From: Octopus sinensis
Taxonomy: Eukaryota
Direction: 5' to 3'
Length of the DNA stretch: 64,000 nucleotides
Assembly (NCBI RefSeq): GCF_006345805.1
Contig: NC_042997.1
Span: 79,670,001-79,734,000 of the forward strand
In this document: positions 22,390 to 34,062 of the stretch, in pieces
Layout: each line of letters starts with the position of its first letter
Numbering within the stretch: position 1 is the stretch's first letter
Translations under genes and position numbers: made by a program
Notes under the pieces: generated by a model
Databases searched by the model: none
What the model was told of the DNA's origin: nothing
What the model saw: only the letters and a program-made list of their open reading frames with translations

Positions 22390-24650
22390 GCTCAAGGCCA
22401 GAAATTCATATTGCTTTTGACCAGATACAGATTGACGGCTACAAGAAAAAACATTAGTCAGGAGTAATTCCGGAGATGGGGATGACGTTATGGCAGAAGG
22501 GAAATGATGAAGTATCTAGAGAAGAGCCAAGGGTGGACACAACATGAACGACCAAAGGAGGAATGAATCAAAGGGTGTGATTGGGGATAGGACGATACCA
22601 ACCTGCTCCGAAAAGCAGAGGCTACTGTAGTATCCCTAAAATGTCAGAATGCGGAGACAGCACGTGAGCCAGAAATTGGAGTGTGTCGACGAGTGACTTC
22701 ATACAAATCAATTGGGTGACTTTTTTAGATGACCGTATGTGTAATTACAAAACCATCTTAGATGTAAGATTAATATTCTATTATTCTCACTTCAGATATC
22801 TAATGGGTGAATAGTTGTTGAAAACTGAAGTATTTCATGACTGTGAAGTTGAAGACCAGTCTTTCTAATAAATAATCTACTTAATTACTATCAATACAAC
22901 TACCATAGAGCCAAATATATTAGAGACCTGCTTTCGATGTCATTTACCAGTGAGTTAGATCAAGTGCAGCGATATTATTTTAATGAAAATAACGTTGCTG
23001 CGCTTGACATCAGTAATGCATTCGATCACGTCAAATATGCTAATCTTCTAGATAATATCCTTGCCTATGGGCTCTTGTCTTATTTATCGGAAACTTTCTG
23101 TGCCTGGGAGTAGAAAGTTAGGCGAGAGCTAAGGGTGGTATCAGTTACATATGATTAGGCTTTGTTGGAGATGAGGGCAAAAAATCTTTGACAGAAAGTC
23201 TCCGATAAATGAGACGAGAGACCATAAGCAAGGATATTATCTAGAAGATTAACATATTTGACGTGATCGAACGCATTACTGATGTCAAGCGCAGCAACGT
23301 TATTTTCATTAAAATAACATCGCTGCACTTGATCTCACTCACTGGTAAGTGAAATCGAAAGCAGGTCTCTAATATATTTGGCTCTATGGTAGTTGTATTG
23401 ATAGTAATTAAGGAAGTGGGGAGACTTATGGTATCGAGGTAGCTGGTTGTTAATGACTGTCCCCATCTCAGTTGATATGTTGGAAGTGTAAGCAGTAGGT
23501 CTGACATTGGCAAGCTCAGAGGAGGTTGACATGGTTGGAAATGGGATTGTGTAGCATATTTCTACATGTCAGACAGTTTAGTGGGTAGAAGGAATGAGAT
23601 AAATAGATAGATATATAGATAAAGAGAGAGAGGGAGAGAGAGAGTTGAAGATTTTGTAGATGCTAATTCTGAGGCACAAATTTCATCATAATGGAAGATT
23701 TTAAGCAGCTGGAGCTACTTTGGTATGTGGTTTTAATGCATGTGTTGATAAGCCTGGTGAAGTGAAAGAGATTTACTTAGTGAATGCAGTGCTGGATTGA
23801 ACACAAAGCAAAGGATCTGTTGCAGTTTAGAAGGCAGATACATCCTACTCGTTTCCCAGATACATCCTTTGCGTTTCGAATGATAATCATTGCAAGCATT
23901 GCGGTGGTAGGTAAAAGTAATCCAGTTTGCTTGAAATGGAGTTTTTTTGCTTTTTTTCCCATTAGCGTTGTGTGACATATTCTTTGAACTACTACAGCAC
24001 AGCTATGAATGAACCACTTAAGGGGTTTGGGATTTCGAAACCTAAAGGGTTTCAGTCAACGAAGGAGCTGCTTTATTTGTGATATGTCAGCATGGAAGCA
24101 TATGCACAGAACCGGTAGAGTTCCAACTAATTAGCTGACTTGAAGTAACATAAGTTCCGGAATGTTTAGTATGTGGGTACTTGAGATAAGAGTGGTCATA
24201 TGATATGATAGGTCCAGAGATACTTATGGTTTAGTAGATGTTAGTTTGATTGCTCGAAAGATATCAAAACTGTTTAGTTCTGTGTGATGTCAGTCAGAGA
24301 TGCTTGCGTGTTGAGGATGACACTAATGTTGCAAGTACTTAAAGATTGTGAAAGACTGAGTTTCTGTATCAGCAGAATCGGAGTGGAGATGAGTGCGAGA
24401 ACCGAGATATGAACAGTGAAATCACCAATCATTTATGACAGAAAAGTTGTTGGTTGTTGAAGTTCGGATAGCGTTAAAGAAAACAGACATATTTAGTAGA
24501 TTGGGGAATGGATATGTTTCACCAGTATGACAAGAAGTTCGTTTTAGCTGATAATCAATGGAGTGTTTTAAGTGTTGAGAAGAATTGAATCTAAAAACAC
24601 CCAGAGCCCGTCTTTCAGAGTAAAATTTCAGCACAAAATGTAGCCTGGAC
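22390..24650 (-). mobile_element. Decayed CR1/L2-group LINE (APE and RT) with an internal inverted duplication
   Basis: APE end YLSSNQTNIY.TISISGPIISYDH; ELANVRPTAYTSNIS.EM.TVIN; LNYYQY; AALDISNAFDHV; SYVTDTTL; RLVFN; SSFPFC near the 3' end. Confidence 0.7.
22880..23412. repeat. Inverted duplication of a LINE RT segment, 222-bp arms, 89-bp spacer
   Basis: 22880-23101 is the slightly diverged reverse complement of 23191-23412. Confidence 0.9.
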
Positions 24651-25289
24651 AGCAGACATGGGTTATTGATAGTGTTGAGAGATTTGTATCGCAGAGGAAA
24701 ATGATGTGTGGTTTATCTGTCAGTAGGAAATGATGTGTGGATCTAAACTGGATCATTTCTCCCGACTCTTCTCAAATATTCAGAGGTATTTGAAGAGTGG
24801 GTAGAAATGTGTAACAGATTTAGAGATTTTTTCTTTCGCATTTTCTTGTTTTTTTCTTTTTTCTTTTGCTAAAACATTAGGATAAGTGTAGCGGGTAATA
24901 TCACCGAAAGATCCCGATAACCCCTGCTGCAAGCATGTTATCATTGCTTCAAGAGTGTGAATTCCGCTAAAGTCAGCTAAGAGCCAAAGGGTGAGACTAA
25001 ACCGGCCATTTGGCAAACTCCGTCATCGTCTATAGAATGAAAGGGGTATTAAACTTGACAATGCTCCCCCAACATAGATATTTCTGTTTTCATTTCTTTC
25101 TTACTTCCTTATCCAGTTTATTGTACTTTGATAGTTTTTAATCATCATAAAGTAAAAGTAAATAGGTCAAATGGTACTTTAGATGAGTTAATATATAGGT
25201 CTATAATCTCATAGGTTTTTAAGTGTCAATGATAATTTTATCACGATACTTTCTACATAGTCGTTTGTAAGATTGTCCCACGTTATGTT

Positions 25290-25980
25290 AGCCTCTATGT
25301 TTTTACGGGATAACCGCTATATAAGTTTCGTTCATTGATTGCTTTATCTTTCTTTTCCACTATGGTTCTTTCACTAAATTTCCTCTTTTACGGTTTGATT
25401 CAAAACCTACTTTTCTTCCTATTTAGACGATACAAGCTTTAATCATCCTAATCGTTCTTGTTATATTATCTGTTTTAATTTCTTTCAACATTCCACTCAC
25501 CTTTTAAGTCCGTCCTCTGAACAAAATTATGTCTCCTTTCCTGAATCTATTTACTTTCACATCCTGACTTTTCACAGTGATATCAGTGATCTCTACCTCT
25601 GTTCTCATCGCTCAGTCCTTCTACATTCTCAGACCGTAAACCAACACCATTCTTCTGAACACCTTCAATATAACCTTGTCAACATACTCTGTAGTTCAAT
25701 ATAACCTCGTCATCATACTCTGTAGTCACTTCATCTTCACTCACTGTGTTTTCAATCGTCACTCTCTTCTTAATCTCATCAAGTTTTAATGGTGTTAACC
25801 ATCCGTTCTTCCTTATTATCCTTTTCTGATTACAGTATCTGTTCCGTAATATTTAAGCCCAGCGTCTTCATCCAGATGTCATGCATTCTCTTTCTATATC
25901 TTCTTATGGGGTTCTCTTCACTATCAACGGGTCTTCTCGAAAAATAACATTCCATGACAGCTATATTCATCGCCTTAGTC
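25290..25980 (-). mobile_element. R4/Dong-type LINE, N-terminal ORF region
   Basis: TKAMNIAVMECYFSRRPVDSEENPIRRYRKRMHDIW...ITEQ...IRKNGWLTPLKLDEIK; KEP*WKRKIKQS. Confidence 0.72.
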
Positions 25981-25981
25981 A

Positions 25982-26060
<79 letters not shown>
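25981..26060. repeat. (TTA)n microsatellite (tail of the 26061-26446 element)
   Basis: Direct reading. Confidence 0.95.
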
Positions 26061-26062
<2 letters not shown>

Positions 26063-26446
26063 TGTTTTTGCACAGCTTCTAACACTGCAGATGTACTACG
26101 GTGCTAGCTGTTCACTTCCAGTGAATTATGGTAACACCCCTTATTTTTCGAGCACCATCCGGAACATTCAAGCGGTTCCAACCAGTGCTGTTTTCTGCAA
26201 GTGATTCATCCTTATTGCAGCCCTGTATTTGTTCCATGTGCTTCTCAAGATTTTTACTCACTATTTCCAGGGCTTCCACAATTATTGGTACTACTACCAC
26301 CATTTTCAGCGACCACAACTGCTTAACCTCCCAAGCTAACCTGTTATATCTATCGACTTTTCATTCTTCCTTATCGCATACTTTGTTTTCAGCTAGCAAT
26401 GCTATATCTATGATCCAGCATCATTTGCTTTCTTTCTCGATACTAT
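26061..26446 (-). mobile_element. R4/Dong-type LINE 3' end (RLE), subfamily B
   Basis: IDIALLAENKVCDKEE.KVDRYNRLAWEVKQLWSLKMVVVVPIIVEALEIVSKNLEK..; short 3' UTR ending in (AAT)n. Confidence 0.85.
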
Positions 26447-26449
26447 ATT

Positions 26450-26533
<84 letters not shown>

Positions 26534-26536
<3 letters not shown>

Positions 26537-26923
26537 TAGTTTTATTTTTATAGCGTGCTTTCACTTCACTACCGAGCACAGCTCTGTGTGCCTTGGGTAT
26601 GTGCTGTGATTTGTTATGATGCTCTGATGGTTATTGTATGGAAAGTGTTCTGCGTAGGATGTGTGCAGTGCCTAGTAGTGCAATTTTCTGTATGTTATAT
26701 GTGTTTGTAAGTCCTGGTGTTTTTGTTATGTATTTGTCTGAATATTTTTTTATCGTGCCTAATGCACCTACTATGATAGGAATTGTTTCTGTTTTCAGAT
26801 TCCACATTCTAGTTACCTCTATTTCCAGGTCTTTGTATTTTGAGAGTTTCTCCATTTCTTTTAGAGACACGTTGTCATCAGCCGGTATTGATACATCAAT
26901 TAGAAAGCATTTTTTTTCTTCAT
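26534..26923 (-). mobile_element. R4/Dong-type LINE 3' end (RLE), subfamily A
   Basis: HEEKKCFLIDVSIPADDNVSLKEMEKLSKYKDLEIEVTRMWNLKTETIPIIVGALGTIKK..IQKIALLGTAHILRRTLSIQ*; about 95-bp 3' UTR then (AAT)n. Confidence 0.93.
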
Positions 26924-26924
26924 G

Positions 26925-26977
<53 letters not shown>

Positions 26978-27599
26978 CATTATTATTATAAGCTAAGCGT
27001 TTGTTACAGATTTTGGGCGAAATCTGAAATGAATACGACTTCCAAATATCAGTCGTGATAAATAAGCTCTTTGGAAGCAACTGAAGTGAGTGAGGGGAAA
27101 GAGAACACCTCGAAGTAATGTGCATGATTGTCGCAGTCAAGTAAAAGTTTGTTGCCCTAGTTAATGACATCAACAGCTGCAGCGATGTCAACAACGACTA
27201 ACGGCAATGTCAATATCAATACCAAGCACAATATTTTTTTTTAATAGCAGACTCTGAATTTGATTAATCTTGATGTTTCGACATTGCCACCGGCTTCCTC
27301 GAATAACCCTTTGAAGGAACGTTTTGCTAAATTCTCTTCATTTGCGATAGCATAAAATCGTAGCATATTGGTGACTGCGCCTTAAAGTGCGGAAGCTCCC
27401 AATCGGCATAGGGAATTTACGCTTATCAGTCGCAAGTCCCAAAATCTGATAGGCCATTCTTTTTTCTCTTGTATCCTTTAGCCAGGAGAGAAAGCAGCAC
27501 CCTGGCTATCTTTTATTTATTTATTCATTTATTTATTGTAAGGTCGCTGAGTCTGGCTGGAGAAAGGGTGGAAGGAAGATATTCTCACACCAGTCTCCT

Positions 27600-27780
27600 G
27601 TTCTGAATGGTAGCAACAGTGACCTCCGTTGAAACCACCCAAGGACCAGATGGTGGTATTAAACCGGACAAAGAATTAGGTTTACCACCCATAAGTTCAA
27701 GTACGGATGTACCCGATGTCTGTTTAAAGCTGTCAGTTTATGACAGCTTGCTCTAAACACAACCTGGGTGGTATTAGCAG
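27600..27780. promoter_or_regulatory. Candidate enhancer: clustered Gli/Ci-like and paired TALE-like motifs
   Basis: AACCACCCA 27633-41, TACCACCCA 27683-91, TGGGTGGTA 27765-73; AGCTGTCA-5bp-TGACAGCT 27728-48; lies in repeat-poor sequence. Confidence 0.35.
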
Positions 27781-28938
27781 ACCTCTTTTCTTTCTTTTTT
27801 TTTTGCAAACATTCGGGCCTGGTCTCTCCCTCTTTTCTTCCTGTAAAAATACGTTGCTAAATAATAATAAAAAATTCATCTTATTTATTAAAGAAGTAAA
27901 ATTTGTAATAAAATTTGTAAAACCTTCCTCCCTTTGTTCAATAGTCTCGTGGGGCGTAAGAGAAAGGAGGCGGGCGCCTGAAAAGAATATGAGTGCTGCT
28001 TTTCCTCTTCTGAATAAGCGAAAAAGATAAAAGCATGAAGGATTGGTAATCCAGATTAAAAAGAAACACAATAGTAGCAACAGTTGCAGCAGTACCAGTA
28101 GCAGCAACCAATGAGGGAGTTCATGCATGATAGTTTGGCTTACTAGAAATTGTAGCTAAAAATGCTCAACTTACTACCTACCTGAAAAAAAAAGAACAAG
28201 AGAGATAATGCAATCCTGAATAAAAGACGGGATAATGCAATACTGAATAAAACACAGGATGATCATGGCTTCGTTGATCTGGAGTAAAACAATAACAACA
28301 ACAACAACAACAATAACGCCTTCTCAGCTTCACTATATGAAGAAAATAATTACCGAAAGTGCCCTGCGGAAATTAAAAGTCTCCTCAAAGGAATAAAATA
28401 TTTTCAATGCCATTGACACCAGAAGACTTAGAAGATCTAGAGAAATTATTCCTGTGGGACGTATAAGATTTCCAACTAGACACCGCTACCCAGACGTAGA
28501 GGAAGTATTCGTTCGTTACTCTTTCCTTCCATGCATGACAATCTCAAGTTCATATGCTCCGGTGTGTGTGATCTGGTATTACACGAAAAACGGATTTCAG
28601 AATATTATTTTCATCAAAGGATTTTTTTTACATTCACTTTATTTTTATCTATTTATTTATTCATTTATTTTACTGTTTATCATTCTACTAGCTAGTTGTG
28701 AGTTTTTATTTGTTTTTTTTTTTTTGCATTCTTTCATCTTTCCATGTTGAAATATATTACAATACTGGTTGTCAAACATTTAAGAGCAGTCACCAGAAAT
28801 GTTTGCAAGTACATGTCAAGCAAGCTGTGTTACTTGTCCTGATTTCCATTTTTTTCTCTCGTTGTTTGCGTATTTAACTCGTTTGTTTTCGTACTTCTTG
28901 TTGTTTACACGGTTGGTGACGTCCTGTACCTATATATT

Positions 28939-28970
<32 letters not shown>

Positions 28971-28979
28971 ATTATTACT

Positions 28980-29561
28980 TAATTGAACGCCACGCATCCA
29001 TTTCCAAGTAAGTTTATCTTGACATTTCGATGCGACTCTACTCTATATATACTGTTTTCTCCCCATCCTTCTCTAATTCCCTTTTCTCCCCTTCATCGTT
29101 TTCTATCTGTCTGTCTCTCTCCTCTCTTTCTCTTTTCTCTCTCTCGCTGCTCACACGTGACCATCGTCCATCTTTCTTTAACTCACGTGACCAACTTTTT
29201 TTCCCTGCACGACGTTCTAAGGACGTTTCTTTTCCTGCACGACATTCTAATGATTGGACGTCTTCTATCTCTCTCTCTCTCTCTCTCTCTTCTATTTTTC
29301 TCTTTTTAAAGAAAATATTTCTCCCAGCGTTCATTAGTTTCTTCTCGTTCTGGTCTAATGACCCTCCATGTTTGTTTTCCTTCGGTTTGCTTGTATGTCT
29401 TCACTGTCCTGTTTTTGTTCTAAAGCGACGAAAATATTTTGACAAATTAAATTTAAATGTTGAAGGGAATCTAACGAATTTTGTGTGTTTCTTAAATGGC
29501 TTATAAACACCTACCACGCTGGAATTGTTGTTATATATATGTGTGTATGTGTGTATGTATG

Positions 29562-29602
<41 letters not shown>

Positions 29603-29790
29603 ATGTATACATCCCACTTCAGCAATGTAACTACACACGTGACGTTGGCGATTTCTTTTCCTTCTTTAGACTTTTTCCTTCTCCTTTCCGACGAAGAGCT
29701 ATGCTCAAAACATAAAGCTCTCTCTTTTCACCGAGCGTCCAGCTAATACATTTCGTGTGCACGTCCTCGTATTGTCCGTTTCTATTCGTT
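28980..29790 (+). mobile_element. Non-coding Penelope-associated repeat (pyrimidine-rich, terminal-repeat-like)
   Basis: Starts attgaacgccacgcatccattt like 36945; shares ctc(a/g)cacgtgacc with 32480 and 37190; contains a decayed hammerhead at 29684-29717. Confidence 0.6.
29684..29717 (+). ncRNA. Decayed minimal hammerhead motif
   Basis: cttt-CCGACGA-a-gagc-tat-gctc-AAAAC-AT-a-aag; two CpG-to-CpA changes from GAAACGTA would restore the right half. Confidence 0.45.
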
Positions 29791-29856
29791 TATTTGAATT
29801 AAATGTTTATTTGAATTAACTATATATATATATATATACACGCGCACACATATATA

Positions 29857-30430
29857 CTGTAGTACCTCATTTTACGAGGACCCGCTTTACGAGACCATGG
29901 GTTTACGAGTTTTATTTTATTATGAATTTTTCAAGCACAAGATCCAAATTTTGAACGGAGTGCAAAAGTTTCTAGTAACATAACAAATGCTTCTGCGTGT
30001 AACAGACAAATTTATAGAGACCGAAAAGAAGCTTCTTCTAAGCAAACAACTCTAGACTTGTTTTTAAAAAGAAATCTACTCATCTGTCTACAAATGCTTG
30101 TGAATCGGCGATCATGTCTACAAGTGATGGCTTGTACGAGTCTACTGCGAGTGAAAGTGATTCAGAAAATGGTTATGATAATATCTTTTATTATAAATGA
30201 TCTTGACATCCTTTTTAAATTTTGCATAAAATATTCTTTACATTCTACTGTTGTTTTATTGCCATTTATTTACGAGTATTATGAATTTTATATGTAAAAT
30301 ATTTTTATGGAAACGAATTACGATTTATAACATTGCTACTATGGGATATTATTGTTCTGCTTTACAAGTTTTCGCTTGACGAGCGGTCTCGTCTCCAGGA
30401 ACAAATTAATTCGTATATCGAGACATTACT

Positions 30431-30431
<1 letters not shown>
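29857..30431 (+). mobile_element. Internally deleted pogo/Tigger-type DNA transposon
   Basis: Imperfect TIRs ta-ctgtagtacctcattttacgag / ttcgtatatcgagacattactg; C-terminal EFFKAQDPNFERSAKVSSNI...EASSKQTTLDLF. Confidence 0.75.
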
Positions 30432-30467
<36 letters not shown>

Positions 30468-30599
30468 ATTTTATATATATATATAGAGAGATGAGGTATT
30501 ACTATATATATATATATATATATATGATTATAAGGAAAAAGATTTTCTCCAATGCATAGACTTCACTTTGAAGTGCTCCAGATATTCAAACCTGAGGCG

Positions 30600-31200
30600 T
30601 TTGAATAATGTAGAAGTAAAATTTAAATTTAGGCAAATCAAATTCATATATACTTGACCCAACATGCATGAATTTCACCAAAAGTACATTCGATACATTA
30701 AACATATTAAAAATATATTGATATATAAAAATATATAGCTATATACATTAAAAACATATTGAAAAAGTAAATACATATATAGGTGGACATACAAATTATA
30801 AAACTAAGTCATAAAAAGAGTTAAGGCTCTATAAGATAAAAAGTTTAGGTGTTACTGATCCAGTTAATAATCCTACGGCCGTTTCTGGAGGTCCGGTTGT
30901 CCAATCATAAAAACGATATTTACATCCATTTTTGGACACCACCTCTTTCATCAGGGAAAATAAATTTCTAAAAGGCTCGCATGTACTGCCTTTTACTAAT
31001 GGGAATTACCTACTGAGTGTTTTTATAGAGCTATAAGCAAAAGAACAGGGAGTGGAAGTATTTTTGAGTGGCTGGAGGAGAAGATACAATGTGCAAGATA
31101 AAGTTACCGATGGCTCTATAGGTAGAGGGTAAGAGAATGGGAGTGTTGTTTTATTTTTCAGAAAAAAGTTTGAATTGGTGCGGAGGCTGGTTCTCAATTC
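30600..31200 (-). mobile_element. Penelope-like terminal-repeat region
   Basis: Hammerhead-like motif at 30871-30957; 30620-30730 is homologous to 32130-32270 on the opposite strand. Confidence 0.5.
30871..30957 (-). ncRNA. Type I hammerhead-like motif with intact CUGAUGA and GAAA and a long stem II
   Basis: tcc-CTGATGA-aa-gaggtggtgtccaa-[27 nt]-ttggacaaccggacctc-ca-GAAA-CGGCCGTA-gga; stem III ACGGCCGT is palindromic. Confidence 0.6.
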
Positions 31201-31213
31201 TATCCAGAATCAT

Positions 31214-31400
31214 CTATATCTATATAATTCTTTGTCTCTCTGTCTGTCAGTCTGCCTGTTTCCAATGCATTCTCAAACGGCTTCACCAAATTAAATCAAA
31301 TTTTACATGGTAATAGTATCAAACCCCGTGAGTATCAATATGTATATGTTTTTTCATTTCGATTGAAACAATACAACATTGGCATTGGTTCGGTATTACA
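31214..31400 (+). mobile_element. Possible Helitron/HINE-type non-autonomous 5' end
   Basis: tctatatctatataa start, (ctgt)-like microsatellite, then aatgcattctcaaacggcttcacc..aaatttt..atggt, resembling DINE/Lep1-type heads from memory. Confidence 0.4.
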
Positions 31401-31964
31401 TGTTAAGAGTGAAAGAATAACATCTATATTGTAATGTGATATAATATTATCTCACTTTTATTCTTTCACTTTAATTCTGATGTGATAAGACTATAATATT
31501 GTTTTACCTTTATTCTTTCACTGTTAACATTAATTATATCCTAATGTGAACAACATCGGAAATTTTCTATCTTTGCGGCCACGACAGTGGAATTGTGTGT
31601 TGACGACATAACGAATAGCAGGAGGTGAAACTCTTGACAAAAACAATGAGGTGGCAGGTCCAAGGTATATCAAAATACACATTTACTGTTCAGTTACCAG
31701 TTAACAATTATTGCAGCAGTTGCAAATTTACCGTTAAATTAGCAGGTCATACATGTGCTTCTATTTGGTTAATTTGCTTATATTTGGTCGATTTATACTG
31801 CATACAAAAATAAAGACATATTACATACATACAACTGCTAACAATAATATAGATTATTGTATAATTCCTTCTGTGTTTATAATTTTTAGTTTAAAATATT
31901 GAAAAAATATGCCCCCAAAGAAAAGACGTAGACTCTCCAGAAGCAAGTGTAAAGCATGAAGGAT

Positions 31965-32045
31965 TGTAGAAAACCGGGACTGAACCCGGACCCATGTGGT
32001 TGGTGAGCAAACTACTTACCACACAGTCACTCCTACGCCTGACAG
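31965..32045 (-). mobile_element. SINE family A head only
   Basis: Reverse complement of gtaggagtgactgtgtggtaagtagtttgctcaccaaccacatgggtccgggttcagtccc. Confidence 0.8.
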
Positions 32046-32129
32046 CCACACCTTAATGTACATATCTATATATTTATATATTTTCATATATATATTTTTA
32101 ATGTATTAATTACTCTATATATTTTTATA

Positions 32130-32900
32130 TATCAATATATTTTTAATATGTTTGATGCATTGAATATACTTTTGGAGCAGTTCATGCACGTTGGGTCTAG
32201 GGGGTGAATAAATATAAATGTATATGTCAAATTGATTTGCCTAAATTTGGTCCTTATATATATATATGTAAGTACATATTTCTTTAAACTTGGTACGACT
32301 CTATAACACTGTCTCTCCCCCCTCTCCTTCATTTCTCTGCCTTTCTCACTTTGCACTTCACTTTGATCTGTCTCTTTCTCGCTCTCTCTCTCTTCTCCTC
32401 CTCCTTGGTTCCTTGTTCCCCTTTTTCTCTCTCTCCTCCCCCTCCTTAATTCCTCTGTCCCTCTTTTCCTCTCTCTTCTCCTCACACGTGACTGACTGAC
32501 CGATTGCCGGCCTTTCGTGCTTAGCAGTCGTCGCGGCAAGACACATTTTTTCTCTCTGCCCTAAGGCATTTTTCTAACACGCCAGCTCAAACACGCCTGT
32601 TTGTGACGTCCTGTTTTTGTTATTATTATTATCATTATTGTTTTTACGTATTATTATTATTGTTTTTACGTATTTTTGTATTCATCTTCGTGTAACATCG
32701 TCCGTTTTTCCGTCTTTGTTTTGTATACATTCGAGACTTTCTTCCAAGGAATCTAATGCACTTGGCTTAGATTTTCCTTGGGGCTGGCCAGATCGGAGCA
32801 ATCTCAAGATTAATCAGCCGAAATTGCGAGGATGATCCGGTTCTTGACTGACTCCGTGTTTTTTGTATCATCTTCTAAATGTTTTGCGTTCTTGTCCCAG
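32130..32900. mobile_element. Non-coding Penelope-associated repeat
   Basis: Shares blocks with 30620-30730, 29150-29170 and 39040-39090. Confidence 0.45.
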
Positions 32901-32913
32901 TTTGTACTTTTTT

Positions 32914-32997
<84 letters not shown>

Positions 32998-33002
32998 GTA
33001 TG

Positions 33003-33057
<55 letters not shown>

Positions 33058-33129
33058 ATATAATATATATATATATATTTATGTATATATATATTTATAT
33101 ATATATATATATAATAGAAATATGTTACA

Positions 33130-34026
33130 AAAAGAAAATAGAAGCTACACGTGGACATGTATGGGGAAAGTAAGAAGAAAAATAAGCGATAATGCACATT
33201 GGGAATCAAAAAAGTAAAGGCATTTTATGAAAAGTAACGATAGATATATACAATTAGATGAACTGAGGTAGGAATAAAAGTAATAAAAGTCATTATTGGG
33301 AATTGTTAAAGAGATTCAAAGGCATACCGGTTTCGTGAATTTACCAATCATTGCTTTGAATGCACACCGATTAATGAACGGTGTCAGGTCTACTAGTCCC
33401 CGAGTAAAACGATTATGTGTAAGGGAGGTAAGTAGTTCTGGATTTGGTGCAATTTGGGTCGATATAGATCTGTAATGTGAATAGTGTATGGGGGTTAGTG
33501 GTATTAATTGAAAGGTTAGTAGTGTTATGCATTATGTTATGTGTTCATATTGAGTTGTGAAAGATATTTATTGATGAAAGTTGCCTCTTTATTCATTCTT
33601 TGCTGTACTGAAGTGTTCTGTGAAGATTGATAGAAGGTGAAAATTAGGAAATTAGGATTAAGATTCCTAGCACACCTTTCTATGTGTTCACTAAGCTCTA
33701 TCTGTCTGTATTGTGGGTGGCGGATTTGTTCTTTGTGGAGAGTGGTTCTTCGACTGAGTGATTTTCCAGTTTGGCCAATATAATTATGATCACACCCTGA
33801 GATAGCAATCCAAGGATATGAAAGATTTCAGAACATTTATAAAGAGAAGGTCTCACAGCTGTTTCCGGGATATTTTTATATATCCGTTCATCAGAGACGA
33901 TGCGAGAAAATGGTTAAGCAATAGTTATTATAGAGAAGATATGAAATACAAAGTGGAGGAATGAAAGTAGACGTGAGATACGTAAGGATATTGTATCTGC
34001 AGTTCCATTATTTAAGCAGAATGGTA

Positions 34027-34062
<36 letters not shown>

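Noticed and set aside
28260-28750. Host gene exon (ORF 28454-28750 and neighbouring short frames)
   Set aside because: No recognisable domain and no convincing splice pair; the 3' half is T-rich low-complexity sequence.
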